DNA of 39,454 bases from assembly GCA_900088475.1 (NCBI GenBank), contig FLMG01003824.1, positions 1 to 39,454 of the forward strand, written 5' to 3'. Positions 11,689 to 22,578 of the stretch are shown here, piece after piece. A program made the position numbers and the translations under genes. Numbering within the stretch: position 1 is the stretch's first letter; each line of letters opens with the position of its first letter. Origin of the DNA: Hyphochytrium catenoides (taxonomy: Eukaryota; Protista; Hyphochytriomycota). The notes beneath the pieces are model-generated. The model did not search any database and was not told where the DNA came from. It saw only the letters and a program-made list of their open reading frames with translations.

Positions 11689-12390
11689 AATGGGTAGGAT
11701 GCGGCATGGCGTAGTGGTTGACTCCAGCAGCTGAGCAGACATTAGTGATCTAAGGGCTACCAGGAACCTGTACCTTGCTGGCATGTGTGCAAGGGTTCCT
11801 CACCTTTTTTCTCCCTCATCGTCTCCAGCAAGAGGTAATCAGGGTTGAAACAGCGCCCATTCTGGCGGCTCACTGACAACTCACCGTTCAACGTCACAAT
11901 GTCTCTTGGCCATGCCAACGGCTAAATAAGGCCAAGTCCCTGAAAAGCCAGCACAGAGAGGTGATGGAGGTAGTGATTGCCCCCAATCTCCTCCCCAGAA
12001 GCATCGCGGGTATTGCGGAGGTTTATTTTCGTATAGCCATTTGGATGGCTCGCGGAATCCAACAGCTGGAGATCTCAGGCGTCGCTCCTTCGTCTATGCG
12101 CTGTTTGACCTTGCGCCTGACTTCCTGGAGTAAGTGACCAGCTTTCTCTTGAGAGGAGTTATCTCCTCTATGGGACGTTCTTGACCCTTCTGAGACAGCT
12201 GTTCGTGATATCTTCTCCTCAGCGACCGGGTGCTTCCAGTAGTACAAGGTGCAGATGGGGTGGCTTGCAAGGTCGTTGGCTCCATCTTTTGCCTGGTTGG
12301 AATTTCGGAGTGAGCTAGCTTAAGAGACAGTCGGCCTCTGAGAGAAGTCTCAGCCTGTTATATGTGTATCTCCTCTGACGGCTGGTAATC
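11689..12390 (-). pseudogene. His-Me finger endonuclease pseudogene, copy B (inverted, tail-to-tail with A)
   Basis: Minus strand reads EVRRKVKQRIDEGATPEISSCWIP..HHLSVLA..ELSVSRQNGRCFNPDYLLLETMREK/VRNPCTHASKV..VCSAAGVNH/TPCRIL. Confidence 0.78.
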
Positions 12391-12912
12391 ACCTGATCGC
12401 GCACTGGAGACACGGATCGACCGGTGTATGGGATAGGACCTCTCCTGCTTGAGAGTACTCTCAGGGCGTGTAGTCCCGACCAGAGTCGGCAACGAATGGT
12501 TCTGACGATGGATGGTCTCTTCCTTTCCCTTTCTTCCCTCTTTCTCTTTGCATGGCATTATTAGAATAGCCTGTTGTTGACACTACTTCTCTTGCATGTC
12601 TCTTTTATCTTTGCATTTCTCAGGTAGACTGACTCTCTCGCAAGGGAGACTCCCTCTTACCCTCTATATCTCAGTTAGTAAACTTCTTTCTGAAGTAGAA
12701 GACCCTTTGCTACTTGCGTGTGTTCCCGCGAAGTCTTCCTCTGCGTGGTGCTTGTCTGAACTGGAGGCCTGGCCAGCCAAGTTACAGAGCACCTTCTCGC
12801 TCTCTCGCTCTCTCGATCTGCGTCAGTCTCACATATTACACAGCCCCTACCGGATGAGCAAAAGACTGGAGCTGAAGGGTAAGGGAGGCAAGGCGGAGAA
12901 GCCCTTTTGCTA

Positions 12913-13328
12913 GATTGGTTCTAAAAGCCATTTCCAGGATTGTCGAGATATAGTTACGGCTGAGATTGCCCTCAAGAGGCCGACTATATCTTTGGCCAGC
13001 TCACTTTCTTTAATTTTCCGACTATGACGAAGGAAGGAGCCAACGACTCCGCAACAAGCCGCCCCACCTACACCTTCTTCCAGAAAGCGGTCGCTACGGA
13101 GAAGATATCACCAACAGCTATCTCAAGATGGACGGGAACGTCCCACGGAAGAGATAACCCCTCTCAAGAGAAAGCTGGCGACATATTCTAAGAAGAAGGA
13201 AGTCAGGAGCAAGCTCAGGCAGCGCAGAAGATGAGAGAGGGACAATACCGGAGATTCCCAGCTGCTGGTGGGTCCCAAGAATAAAGGTCAGTAGTCACGC
13301 TAATGGGTACACGAGACTAAATAGCCGC
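12913..13328 (+). pseudogene. His-Me finger endonuclease repeat copy C (5' half with putative left TIR 12913-12937), truncated next to the CRE-like remnant
   Basis: Aligns with A (ggagccaacgactccgcaacaa..cacctacaccttcttccag) and encodes IPSCWWVPRIKVSSHANGYTRLN. Confidence 0.75.
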
Positions 13329-13329
13329 A

Positions 13330-14345
13330 GGCGGGTTGAAAAGAGACTGGGAGGACAAGCCCAAGAGTGTGGGTAAAACAAAACGCTAAAAAACTAATCA
13401 TAGCAGGACGAGTGATACGGTAGCGGGAAGGAGACCCACACCGCCAAGCTTGACGGGAAGAGAAGCCTGATGATCCCATGCAGAGTCAAAAACGAACGCC
13501 GAGAAGTCCTAACCCACAAGACGGCCACGAAACCGCCTTGCCTTCAGATCAAGATCAGGCAGCTGTCCAGCAGGTAGAGCAGGCGGGGGACAAGTGCGGA
13601 GAAGGTGGTTATCTTCTTGACCACACTTAGACAGCCCCTACCCTACACATGGGGAGACGTACTTGGAGGTCTTCAAGCCGATTAAGAAAGGAGGTAATAG
13701 AAAGCAGCCCGAGCTAAGAGTGAAGATGAGAAGGAAGAAGAAGCGAAAGCACGGGAGTCGATAAGGCTCCAGGTAGTTCTAGTCCACAGAGAGAGACACA
13801 TTTAGTCGCAGCGGGGGATTCTTTCAAGGAAGTGAGTCCAGCTCGCCATATATTACTCGCAATTAGCAAAAAAAGTTCCTGTCCAAAAAGGGAGCAATGA
13901 TTGATTAGATTGAGCGGTCAGGAACAGAACCACGCCAGCCTATCAAGGTACCGTCGTCACGATTAGAAGCGTGCAAGAGGAGGTCCGCAGCTTAAGAACC
14001 AAGGGCTGGAGGGGGAGAGGAAATTCAGGCGGGCCCAAAGAAGGATCACCCTGTTGAACCCCAGAAGAGGAGCCAGACAGGTGGAATGGGCCCTGGAAGG
14101 GATGGGATGGCTGGCCGTAACAGAAACTCACCCATGGACGACAGAGACAGGGAAAGTGGAGACGAATCTGAGTGATGATGAGAGTCGATCTGCTGACACA
14201 ATCGAAGGCATTGGTGAAGTCCATTTGAGCATAACAAGGTCTGAATCGTGACCTTGCTCATCAACCACTTGATAGTGCATGGACAAGAGCAAAATCCTTC
14301 CATCTGCAGATGATGAAAGTGCTGGGTGACTTCATTGGCTCTCAT
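13330..14345 (-). mobile_element. CRE-like (early-branching, RLE-type) non-LTR retrotransposon RT remnant
   Basis: DFTNAFDCVSR, SSSGVQQGDPSLGP, DDGTLIG, HLLRTCPP and QASLPVKLGGVGL occur in the expected order. Confidence 0.88.
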
Positions 14346-14591
14346 GATGGTCCTTTCCTTTCAACACGTTTCTTCCCCTCCCCTCTCTACGCATCCTCAG
14401 GTTGACTGCCCCCGACAACTGCTTGCTGCTCGCGCTTCCACAAACTCTCTTAACGGGTGACTCTTTTTTTCTCTTTTCTTCTCCCTATTTAGTCTCAAGT
14501 ATCCTCTCTTTCTCTCGAGTTCTCACTTATTCTCTCTTTTCCCTCTCTCTCTTCCATCTGGACAAGTAGAATGGGTGGCTTCTGTCTGGTG

Positions 14592-14771
14592 CTGTTCCTG
14601 CTGCGCCGAATAGGTGCAGTCAGCTGTGACTTTCCTTCGTCGCCGCTGTGTCTATGTCTGGGAAGGCGGCAGAGGCTGAGACTTGACCGAGCAAATGTGA
14701 GACTGAGGCGCGACGTCAGCCTCATCCTCTAACCGCACCAGGAAAACCTAATATCCCCCCAGGATATTCAA
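14592..14771. repeat. ~180-bp dispersed repeat, copy 2
   Basis: Direct alignment with 4241-4420. Confidence 0.93.
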
Positions 14772-16119
14772 GAGGTGCAGGGGAGGATAGATCGTTTACT
14801 TTGACCTTCTGCGCTGTACCCGGTCACTGTGGTTATTATATCCGTGGTGGGCGCAGTCTCCTCAGAGGGGTCATGGTAGCGAATGCTTTTTGTTATCTTG
14901 ACTCGCTGATCTATTCCTCGGTACGTTTGTCTATCCCGCCATGGTGGCCTGTCTCTTCTTCTCTCCTCTATCCTCTCTTGGCACTCTTCAATTGCGCGGT
15001 GTCTCTCTTAACTTCCTCCTCTTGGCTTTATGATTCGCTGTGTGATATATTAGGATACCCCTTTGTCTCCGTCCGGGTGGTGGTGGCTGTCTTTCTTTTA
15101 GCGCTTATCGTCTTCTCCCTCACAGTACCTAAGAACGGCCTTCTGGGGCGCTGAACGCTGTTCCCGTGTTACATCCGAACAATCTTTACCTTGGCTCTTT
15201 CATCTATCAGTTTTCCAACACGGCGCGATGGCCAACTTTCTTCTCTCTCACCTCTTGGTATTCTTCTCCCTCTCTCTGTGTCACATTCTAATAGGGAATG
15301 GTCTTTCTTCTTTCTCTGACCTACGTCACGGCTCTTTCTTTGTGGCGGTGGCGGTGGCTGTCTTTCTTCTCTCTTCCTCTCTCTCTGTACTTCACACATA
15401 AATACGAAGAGATAGAAGCCCAACATCTACAGGCCTCACCAGAATTTCTAGTCCATTAGGAATGGCTACGAAGAGAAAAATTAAATCTGAACGAGGTGGC
15501 ACTAGACTTCCCTCTTCGTGCAACTGAACACCTCAAACGAAAGTGCCTAACCTGCCACTGAACACCTCAAATGAAAGCGCGGAAGACTCAAATGAGGGAA
15601 AGAAGGATAAACCCAGATCTGCTGGTGGTTAACGACTCTACGAACCTTCATAATATTGTTTCCATCATGCTCTCACTTTGCCAAGCATTAATCTCTTCTT
15701 ATCCCTACAATGAACGACCTGTTCCTGACCTGTTCAAGAGGACCTGCTGTTCTTTAGGCGCTCCCAAAGAGGCGGAGAGCGATTGATTAGGGTCCTCTCC
15801 TGTCAAGAGAAAACTTGTTGCCAGCCTAATAAGCAATGCTCACCCTGCCAAGATGGACCCCCAATCGGAACACTTCGGTGACGACGAAGACTATGATTGG
15901 TGCAGTAGAAAAGGACACTATATTATCCTACCTCTGGAACAGTCTCAGGAACAAACAACGGAGTCTGTGCCACGGGATTGAATCTGCGCTGAACTGGCAG
16001 CGCCACAGTCAGAAAGGCATCTTTGTAGCTTCAAGCGCCGTAAAGCAAGCCAGCGCTTTCAGGAAATCGCCTGTTCTGCTTTACCAAGATAGAGCTATTT
16101 TATCCTGACCGCCACTGCC

Positions 16120-16640
16120 CGCTGGTTATTCCTTTCTCCTGCTATTTCTCCTACATAGTATATACTACTTCACGCCAGCCCTATCCCTGGCTTGGCTCAA
16201 CGACTTCAACTCCAGTATATTCCGCTTGTGGGTAGGAGATACCTTAGTGTGCCGATGGTTGATGCGCCTTGGTTGTGCATATTGTGTCAACAAGTGGACT
16301 ATGACGTTTTGGGGGCGACCATCCGATGGTCTGTCGCGTGGTGGCTCGTCGATGCATGACTATTCGTCATGATGATGGCTTGCGGTACCTTCTTTTTGGC
16401 CTAGCCCGCGTTAGGCTGGACTGTTGCCGAGAGCTGAACAGGAACTATCCAATCGTCAGTGCCCACGTGGCATAGCCATTGAGAGCTTTGAGCCCCAAGG
16501 AGTCCGCACACTGTTTGACGTTTCTGTCTCCGACTCGCGCAACCCAACACCTTACTTCACGCAGCGGCACAGACAAAATTACGCCGCAGATCATGAGCAT
16601 AGGGTGGAAACTTTTGCACAGCGTCCACCATAGTGACACG
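16120..16640 (+). mobile_element. CRE/R2-type non-LTR C-terminal remnant: CCHC knuckle plus restriction-like endonuclease
   Basis: FRLWVG..CILC..GDHPMVC..TIRHDDGLR..CCRE..(R)GIAIE..LFDVSVSD matches the C-x2-C..H..C, RHD, E, PD..D pattern. Confidence 0.8.
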
Positions 16641-16689
16641 CTCATCGCCAATGCTTAGTCGCCGACTCTTACCGTCAGTATATCCCGGC

Positions 16690-17350
16690 AAGACATTCCT
16701 TGTACCTGCCTTTGCAATATCCATTGCTCTTTTTCCCACCTGCTTGCTTGTGCCTAGTCGCTCTCATGGACACTACAATTAGACCGCCTTTACGATGCCC
16801 TTTTTGTTTGATCCAAAGTGCTTTCGCGTTTCTCTCCATCTCCACCTCCCACTGACCAGTGAAGCTTTGAGGGTTGATATAGTGATGGTTTCGCCGCTGT
16901 TCAACACATATTACATAACTCACTATGATTCTCTCCTCAATCTTCTGCCCCCGATCTCTGAGCTGCCGCATCAATCCCTTGGCTCGAGGAAAACATTGGT
17001 GAATGCATTCAGTTACACCCTCTCGAAGGCCCTAGGTCGTCCCTTATCCTCATTGCCGTAGCCAGGTGGAGTCTCCCATAATAGTGTCTTAAGAATATCT
17101 CATACCTCCGAAGCGGCCTTCACGCCGATGACGTCGGAGAAGATTCCAGAAGTGATGGTTGACAGGATAACACCCTGGGCGACACCAGCTTTTCTTCTCC
17201 AATCGCCATAGTTTTTTGCCGCGTGGCTGGTGAAGTTCACGATTCCCCTCATCGCCCACGATCGACCATAGAACCTCTGCTTGCGAGATGGTATTAACAT
17301 TTCTTCGCCACATGCGGTAATCCCTGCCGTAAGCCTAGGAATGCTGGCTG
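16690..17350 (-). mobile_element. Second Ty1/copia gag remnant
   Basis: IPRLT../YRMWRRNVNTISQAEVLWSIV (copia gag N-terminal W..LW motif), then DWRRKAGVAQGVILSTITSGIFSDVIGVKAASEV*DILKTL and LMRQLRDRGQKIEE (UBN2-type gag). Confidence 0.7.
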
Positions 17351-18369
17351 TCAGCGGCTTCTGCTCCAACCTTGTGGTAGGTGTAGCCATGGTTGTCCAG
17401 GGAAGTGCACTTGAGTTCTGTGGGGCCAATAACCCTTGTACTGGTTTTCGTCTAGAAGAGTTGGGTGGCACAGAAAGAGTTGTCTCTTTGAACACTGGAC
17501 TGGCAGTTGGCACCTGTCTGCCGCGTTCTTTCCCTCAAATAAATGAACTGACACTAGTTCTTACCGGTACAAGGTATCCTCCCCTCACCTCTTACATTCC
17601 TGCCTGTAACCCTTGGTTACGGCCGCGGCTACTAGACCGACGATTTCATCTGACTAATCATTAATATAGAGTCTAGAAGAGGACAACGTGCTTGCGTAAG
17701 GAGAAGGCTTCTCCTTACATGTAGGAAGGAGTCCGCCCAACCTCTTCCTGACACCTTCTGGAACTAAAGGCTTTACACTAGTTCCTACCTGTAGAACAAC
17801 TCCTATACTACTACCGGTAGTACATTTAGGCTCGTCAACTCGACCTGCGAAACAATGTCATCGAGTCCTGCGAGGTCTGTTGCCTGCAACTTGTTGTTTC
17901 TCGGAAGTGCCCATTTTTGTTCCTGTTCCTTTATCGTGCGGTGAGAGCTCTCTTTCGCCTGCATTACCCCTGCTCCTTTCTGTCCGTAAATACCGCTTCC
18001 GCCCCATCGTCACTCCTCTGTCATGTCTTTTTTGTGGTGGCTTTGTGTCCTGCTTGCCTCTTTCCTCTTTCTCTTCTCTCTCTCTCCCTCTCTCCGCCTC
18101 TGACCCGTCATTCTCTCCTCCCCCCTCTCCTCCTTCTCGGCGCCTGTGTGGCGTCCTCTTTTTCTCCTCTGCAGACCTAAGCTTCTCCTTCCCTCTCCTG
18201 TGCCAAGTACGTCAGCGCGCCCCCAGGAGTGGGGGCCCACCAACAAATGACAAAAGAGAAACAGGGAAGCAAAAGGTAATGATGGAAGAATTATTGCTTC
18301 ATTATTATTCATTATTTATCCCCCTTTTGAAAGAGGAGGGATAATAGCTACTGCTATTATAACAACTTA

Positions 18370-18445
18370 AGAAAAAGTAAAAGTAGAGGAAAGAAAAGAA
18401 GAAGAGCAACGAGAAGAAGAAGAAGAAGATGAAGACGAGACGAGA
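18370..18445. repeat. (GAA)n-like low-complexity tract
   Basis: Seen directly. Confidence 0.8.
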
Positions 18446-20229
18446 GCTACAGAGTCCTGGACTCTTCTTCAACATGCTCTCCTCCTCCACCATCATTATT
18501 AGAAAGGAAGAAGAATCATAGTTGAACTCTTCGGTAATCATGATCGGAGAGGAGAAGCAGAAGAAGAGGGCGTGGCACCGAGACCATCATCATCATGGCG
18601 CTCAACCATGCAAGCTAGAGCGGAGTCCAACTGCTGAAGAGGAATACGCTTCAGAATCTGTAGCGCATTCTCCTCATGAACCGCGAAAGAGATTCTGGTA
18701 TGAAGAGTCAGAGCCTTTGCTAACCGACACCCACTATTGACCAAGAGGACGGGAAGCCTCAAGTGGGGCACGCGCACACTGAAGCTTAAGTATCTGGTGC
18801 ACAGTATAATTAGTTATAAGTTAGGAAGACCAACACAAAGAGCACAAGAGATCAAGTTGTTTGTTCGTTGACAGCAATGAGCAGGTACGCAGGTATTATG
18901 GAGGTAAGGAGATAGAAGCTTATGATGTGATGTGTAAACTTGTGATGGAAGAAGGGAAAAGAGAGGAGGGGACGCTTTGCGCCGCTTGTAAAGGTTAGAC
19001 CCAGTAATCCAAGAAAATGTTAAGAGCTTCTTATTACCCATCATACTACCCTTTCCTATTTAGTTAGACCTTGTCTTCTTCTACTTACCATGTTAGTACT
19101 CCTAGGTGCGATAACACCCCTCAGTAAAAAGCCCATAATGACTAATGTTTATACCAGCTTGTCCTTACATGAAGATATTACGAGGCCTCGCCGCTCTCAA
19201 CCAAGAACGGCCACGGACTACCCGCAGAAGCAAGGAAGAGCTCTCAACCCATCAACACTCACCATGTCGGACCTGATAAGTTTCCCCGTGCTAAGACAAA
19301 ATAAGCCGCAGACTCAGGCCGCTCTCCTAGCCTGTTTTCAAGCTCTAGTCTAGGACCACTTCATTATTGCACACTACGGAGTGCCGCCGCCACCGGCTCC
19401 TAGTGAACTCGAGGAAGCTGATCGAAGATATAGAGAGCTTCTGGATGAGGTCATTATGCTTCCCCGACAAAGCAGAGCTCAGTCCTAGCAAAAGCTGGAG
19501 GTTACGAGGTTATGAGGACGGAAAGTGAAGCCTAGCAGTTGATGATGGTGTTGATATTTATTATGATTTATATTCTAGCCCTTGCCTGTGGGAGATTGTA
19601 ATAAACGTTGTTAGATGGGCTGCGTTCTATCGATCCAGTCAATTACCCCGAGGATAGAGACGACCGGACGATACTCTAGCAATCAGCAAGGGCCAAATAA
19701 ATAGAGAAGAAGAGCAGCCGTTTTCTGAGTTTCAGCCTGCGACCATGTTCGGACTCCAGAGTCCAAGACTTAACTTTCATAATACTATGGGGCATCAAAC
19801 GACTGTTATTGCGTCCAGCTTCCTTTGACGAGCCATCCACCGCAAAAGCAGTAGTGCAAGAAGAGATATGCCACAAGGTCACTCCTGAATGTGCTCTTCC
19901 ATGATTCTAATAAGGTTTCAGCCCTTCGAGACCATTCTCTCGCTACCCAAAGACCTGATAATATCTAGTACAGGGGCTTCTTTCCAAGAAACGTCAGGCC
20001 CGGTATTACCGACTAGGGGAGAAGATGTTGGCATGCCAGCTGCCACATTTTACCGCCTGTGGGACTGGGGACGTTCTCAGGTTTCTCTATAAATATCTTA
20101 TATCTCCTAATTGCATTAAGTTTGAGCTCCCTTTGCTATACGATCCATGGGGCACATCGTGGTTCTGTAAACAAACGCCTTTCCTTGCGTGTATTAGAGT
20201 GTTTGTTAGCGTGCAGCTTCATTCTGTCA

Positions 20230-21560
20230 AAAAACTTGGCCATAATAAACCCATATGTGAACGCGCCGCTTTCCTTACGACATTACTAGTGAAGTGAGCC
20301 TGACTGCTGATGTTACAAAGCAGGACCCATACACAGACTACTGTCAATGATGGATTGTTATGCAGCACTCCTGATCTACCCTAGTGCCGCAACATCATGG
20401 ACTCAAACAAAGTCGTCCCTCCCCCAGACTGCATAACAAGCTCGACCGCGACGTCACCAGATTGGGACACCACCGGTGGGCGACCGAAGGTGGTATGAAG
20501 TGAGTTTCCGCACTGGCACTTGAGTGAGTGACATGGAGCACCTATTGAAGCACGCCATCCACCACGTTCCTAGATAGACCTCAGAGGTGAGATGTCCTAA
20601 GCGCTGGTCCCAGAAAGGACCTGGCAATAAAGGAAAAACCGTTACCGTGGACTTGGCGATCCCAGACAGCTTCCGGCGTATCTTATGGCGTATATACGTA
20701 GGGCATCTGGATTATTGCTCTCACCTTTTCCTGCTGTTGTGGACACCAACTCATGGGCTACTGTAGTCGTCGCGACGCCTTGTTGAAACAGAACTAATAG
20801 TGTGTTGTCCGGTTTTCTCCAAGATGGATTTCTAGAGCCTCTTGAGCAATTTTGGGGAACGACAGACAAGAGTATAAATCCTCAGGCTGAGGCAGAGATT
20901 GATTAGCCGAAATGGTGGCCTCAGCTTTGAGGGCTGTAGGGTGGGCTTTCCTCTTCTACCTTTGTGAATAAGGGGTTCTTGGCCCGATTGGATGAAGGCG
21001 CCGTCTGATATGGGCTTTCAGACAGCTTTTTATATGCCCGACCCGTGTCTGCTCCCTCTCTTGAATCGTTGAGGCGCATGACCCCGAGGGCATGGTCCAA
21101 GCAATCTTGATTTACATCTCTTCCGCTACGAAGAGCCTCAAGATATACCGAAACCCCAACACTCGTCACGCTCTGCAAGGATGTGGTGGTGGTCGCCTTC
21201 CGACGGGGATAGCTGAATCCTTCATTTGCCAACGCAACCATGCAGCAACCAAGAGCCGCATTATTTGCTCGTTTCCCATCGGATCAGCGCCATAATATCC
21301 TGACGGCGCCGGTCAATGACTAATGAAAGGGCAACTTTCAGGATGAAATCGCTTGTTGGAGGTACCTGACACCATCCAAACCCCCTTCCGATAGGCTCGA
21401 ATTGAGGTAAATGACTGATTGTCTGCTGCTAGCAACACTGGACCACCAGAGCTCACCCCGAAGGTAGACTAAAAAAGTCGCCCCAATCTCCTGTGCTAAT
21501 TTGAGACCTCGCAGATCCCTAAAGTCCCATCGTCCCAGTACCAAGACAGTCAAAGTTCTT
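20230..21560 (-). pseudogene. Tentative Ulp1/SENP-like cysteine protease relic, possibly transposon-borne
   Basis: Loose matches only: WW..SVIYLNSSL, LEALRSGRDVNQDCLDHAL, ETHFIPPSVAHRW, a frameshifted N..H(W)TVVC, and ESGAFTYGF (DCGxF-like). Catalytic residues are not intact. Confidence 0.3.
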
Positions 21561-22435
21561 CACCTTCTTTCTGCTCGGTTTTCTCGTAGGTGGATCCTAG
21601 ATATAGTTAACGATGAGCCAGAGGTAAGAGACTGTCAGCTATAGAAGCCCTGATAACGCTTCCTAAGCAATGGATAGTCCATAGACTGAGGATAATAGAC
21701 ACCGTAAGTTCCGCCTAACACAGGTGCACCCAAATGACCGTTGAGAAAGCTGTCCAAGCGCAACACCTGGTAGGACAGTTCTGATGTTAATGTTCTCTCC
21801 AGGGCCTAAGGCATATTGGCAGCACCGCGTGTGGCAGGCGAAGCAAGCTCCCAAAATTAGCGGCATAATAAGCGGCGCGTCCGCACCACACCTATATTAT
21901 GGGCACCAGAACTTGGCTCACTGCGGTTGGGCGTATTCTTAATGAAGCAGCCATTTGTGTCTAGCGGTGACACTTCCCATTTTGCTTGATCTATTGTGAC
22001 CACCATCCTCCTCCTTATCAATGGCACCCTGCAGTGAGCGCAGGGAAATGACAACCGCAGGAGAAATAACGCCTCAAAGTACCAAAGAAGACGTTAAAGG
22101 AGATTTGCCAAGGCAGCAGCTGCTTTTGTCTTCCAGATGCAGGAGGGGCAAAACTGCCCTTAAGGATTGCGGACAGAAGCTGGAGGCGAGTGCGGTTGAG
22201 CCCGAAAGTTAGTAGCCCGCAATGGTTCCTGGGCGGTCCTCTATCTGCAGAGAGAGAGACTTCGGCAGAAGAACTTTGTGGGGTTACTTTGTCTGATCAG
22301 TGGGCCTGGGTCATGTTTGCCTATCATTGTTGGTGGTGTTCCTTTGTGGAAGGTTGACAAAAAGCATATTAGAGACGTATCAATAACTGCTTTGGTCTGC
22401 GGAGTCTCTTCAGCGCAGCTCACAAGTGGCTGGTT

Positions 22436-22578
22436 GTGCTGCTCATTCGGGCCCACGGCACGCGAAAGGCGAAGCAGGGTTTGGAGAGACGAGAGCAGGA
22501 GCGATGAAGAGATTGCTGCTCATTCTGGCCCACGGCACGCGAAAGGCGAAGCAGGGTTTGGAGGCGAGAGCAGGAGCG
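22436..22578. repeat. Tandem duplication, two copies, period ~77 bp
   Basis: gctcattc.ggcccacggcacgcgaaaggcgaagcagggtttggag..gagagcaggagcg at ~22441 and ~22518. Confidence 0.9.

Noticed and set aside
22436-22578. CRISPR-like repeat-spacer appearance (also 15519-15580 and 2650-2790)
   Set aside because: Only two or irregular copies, no cas genes, and a eukaryotic context.
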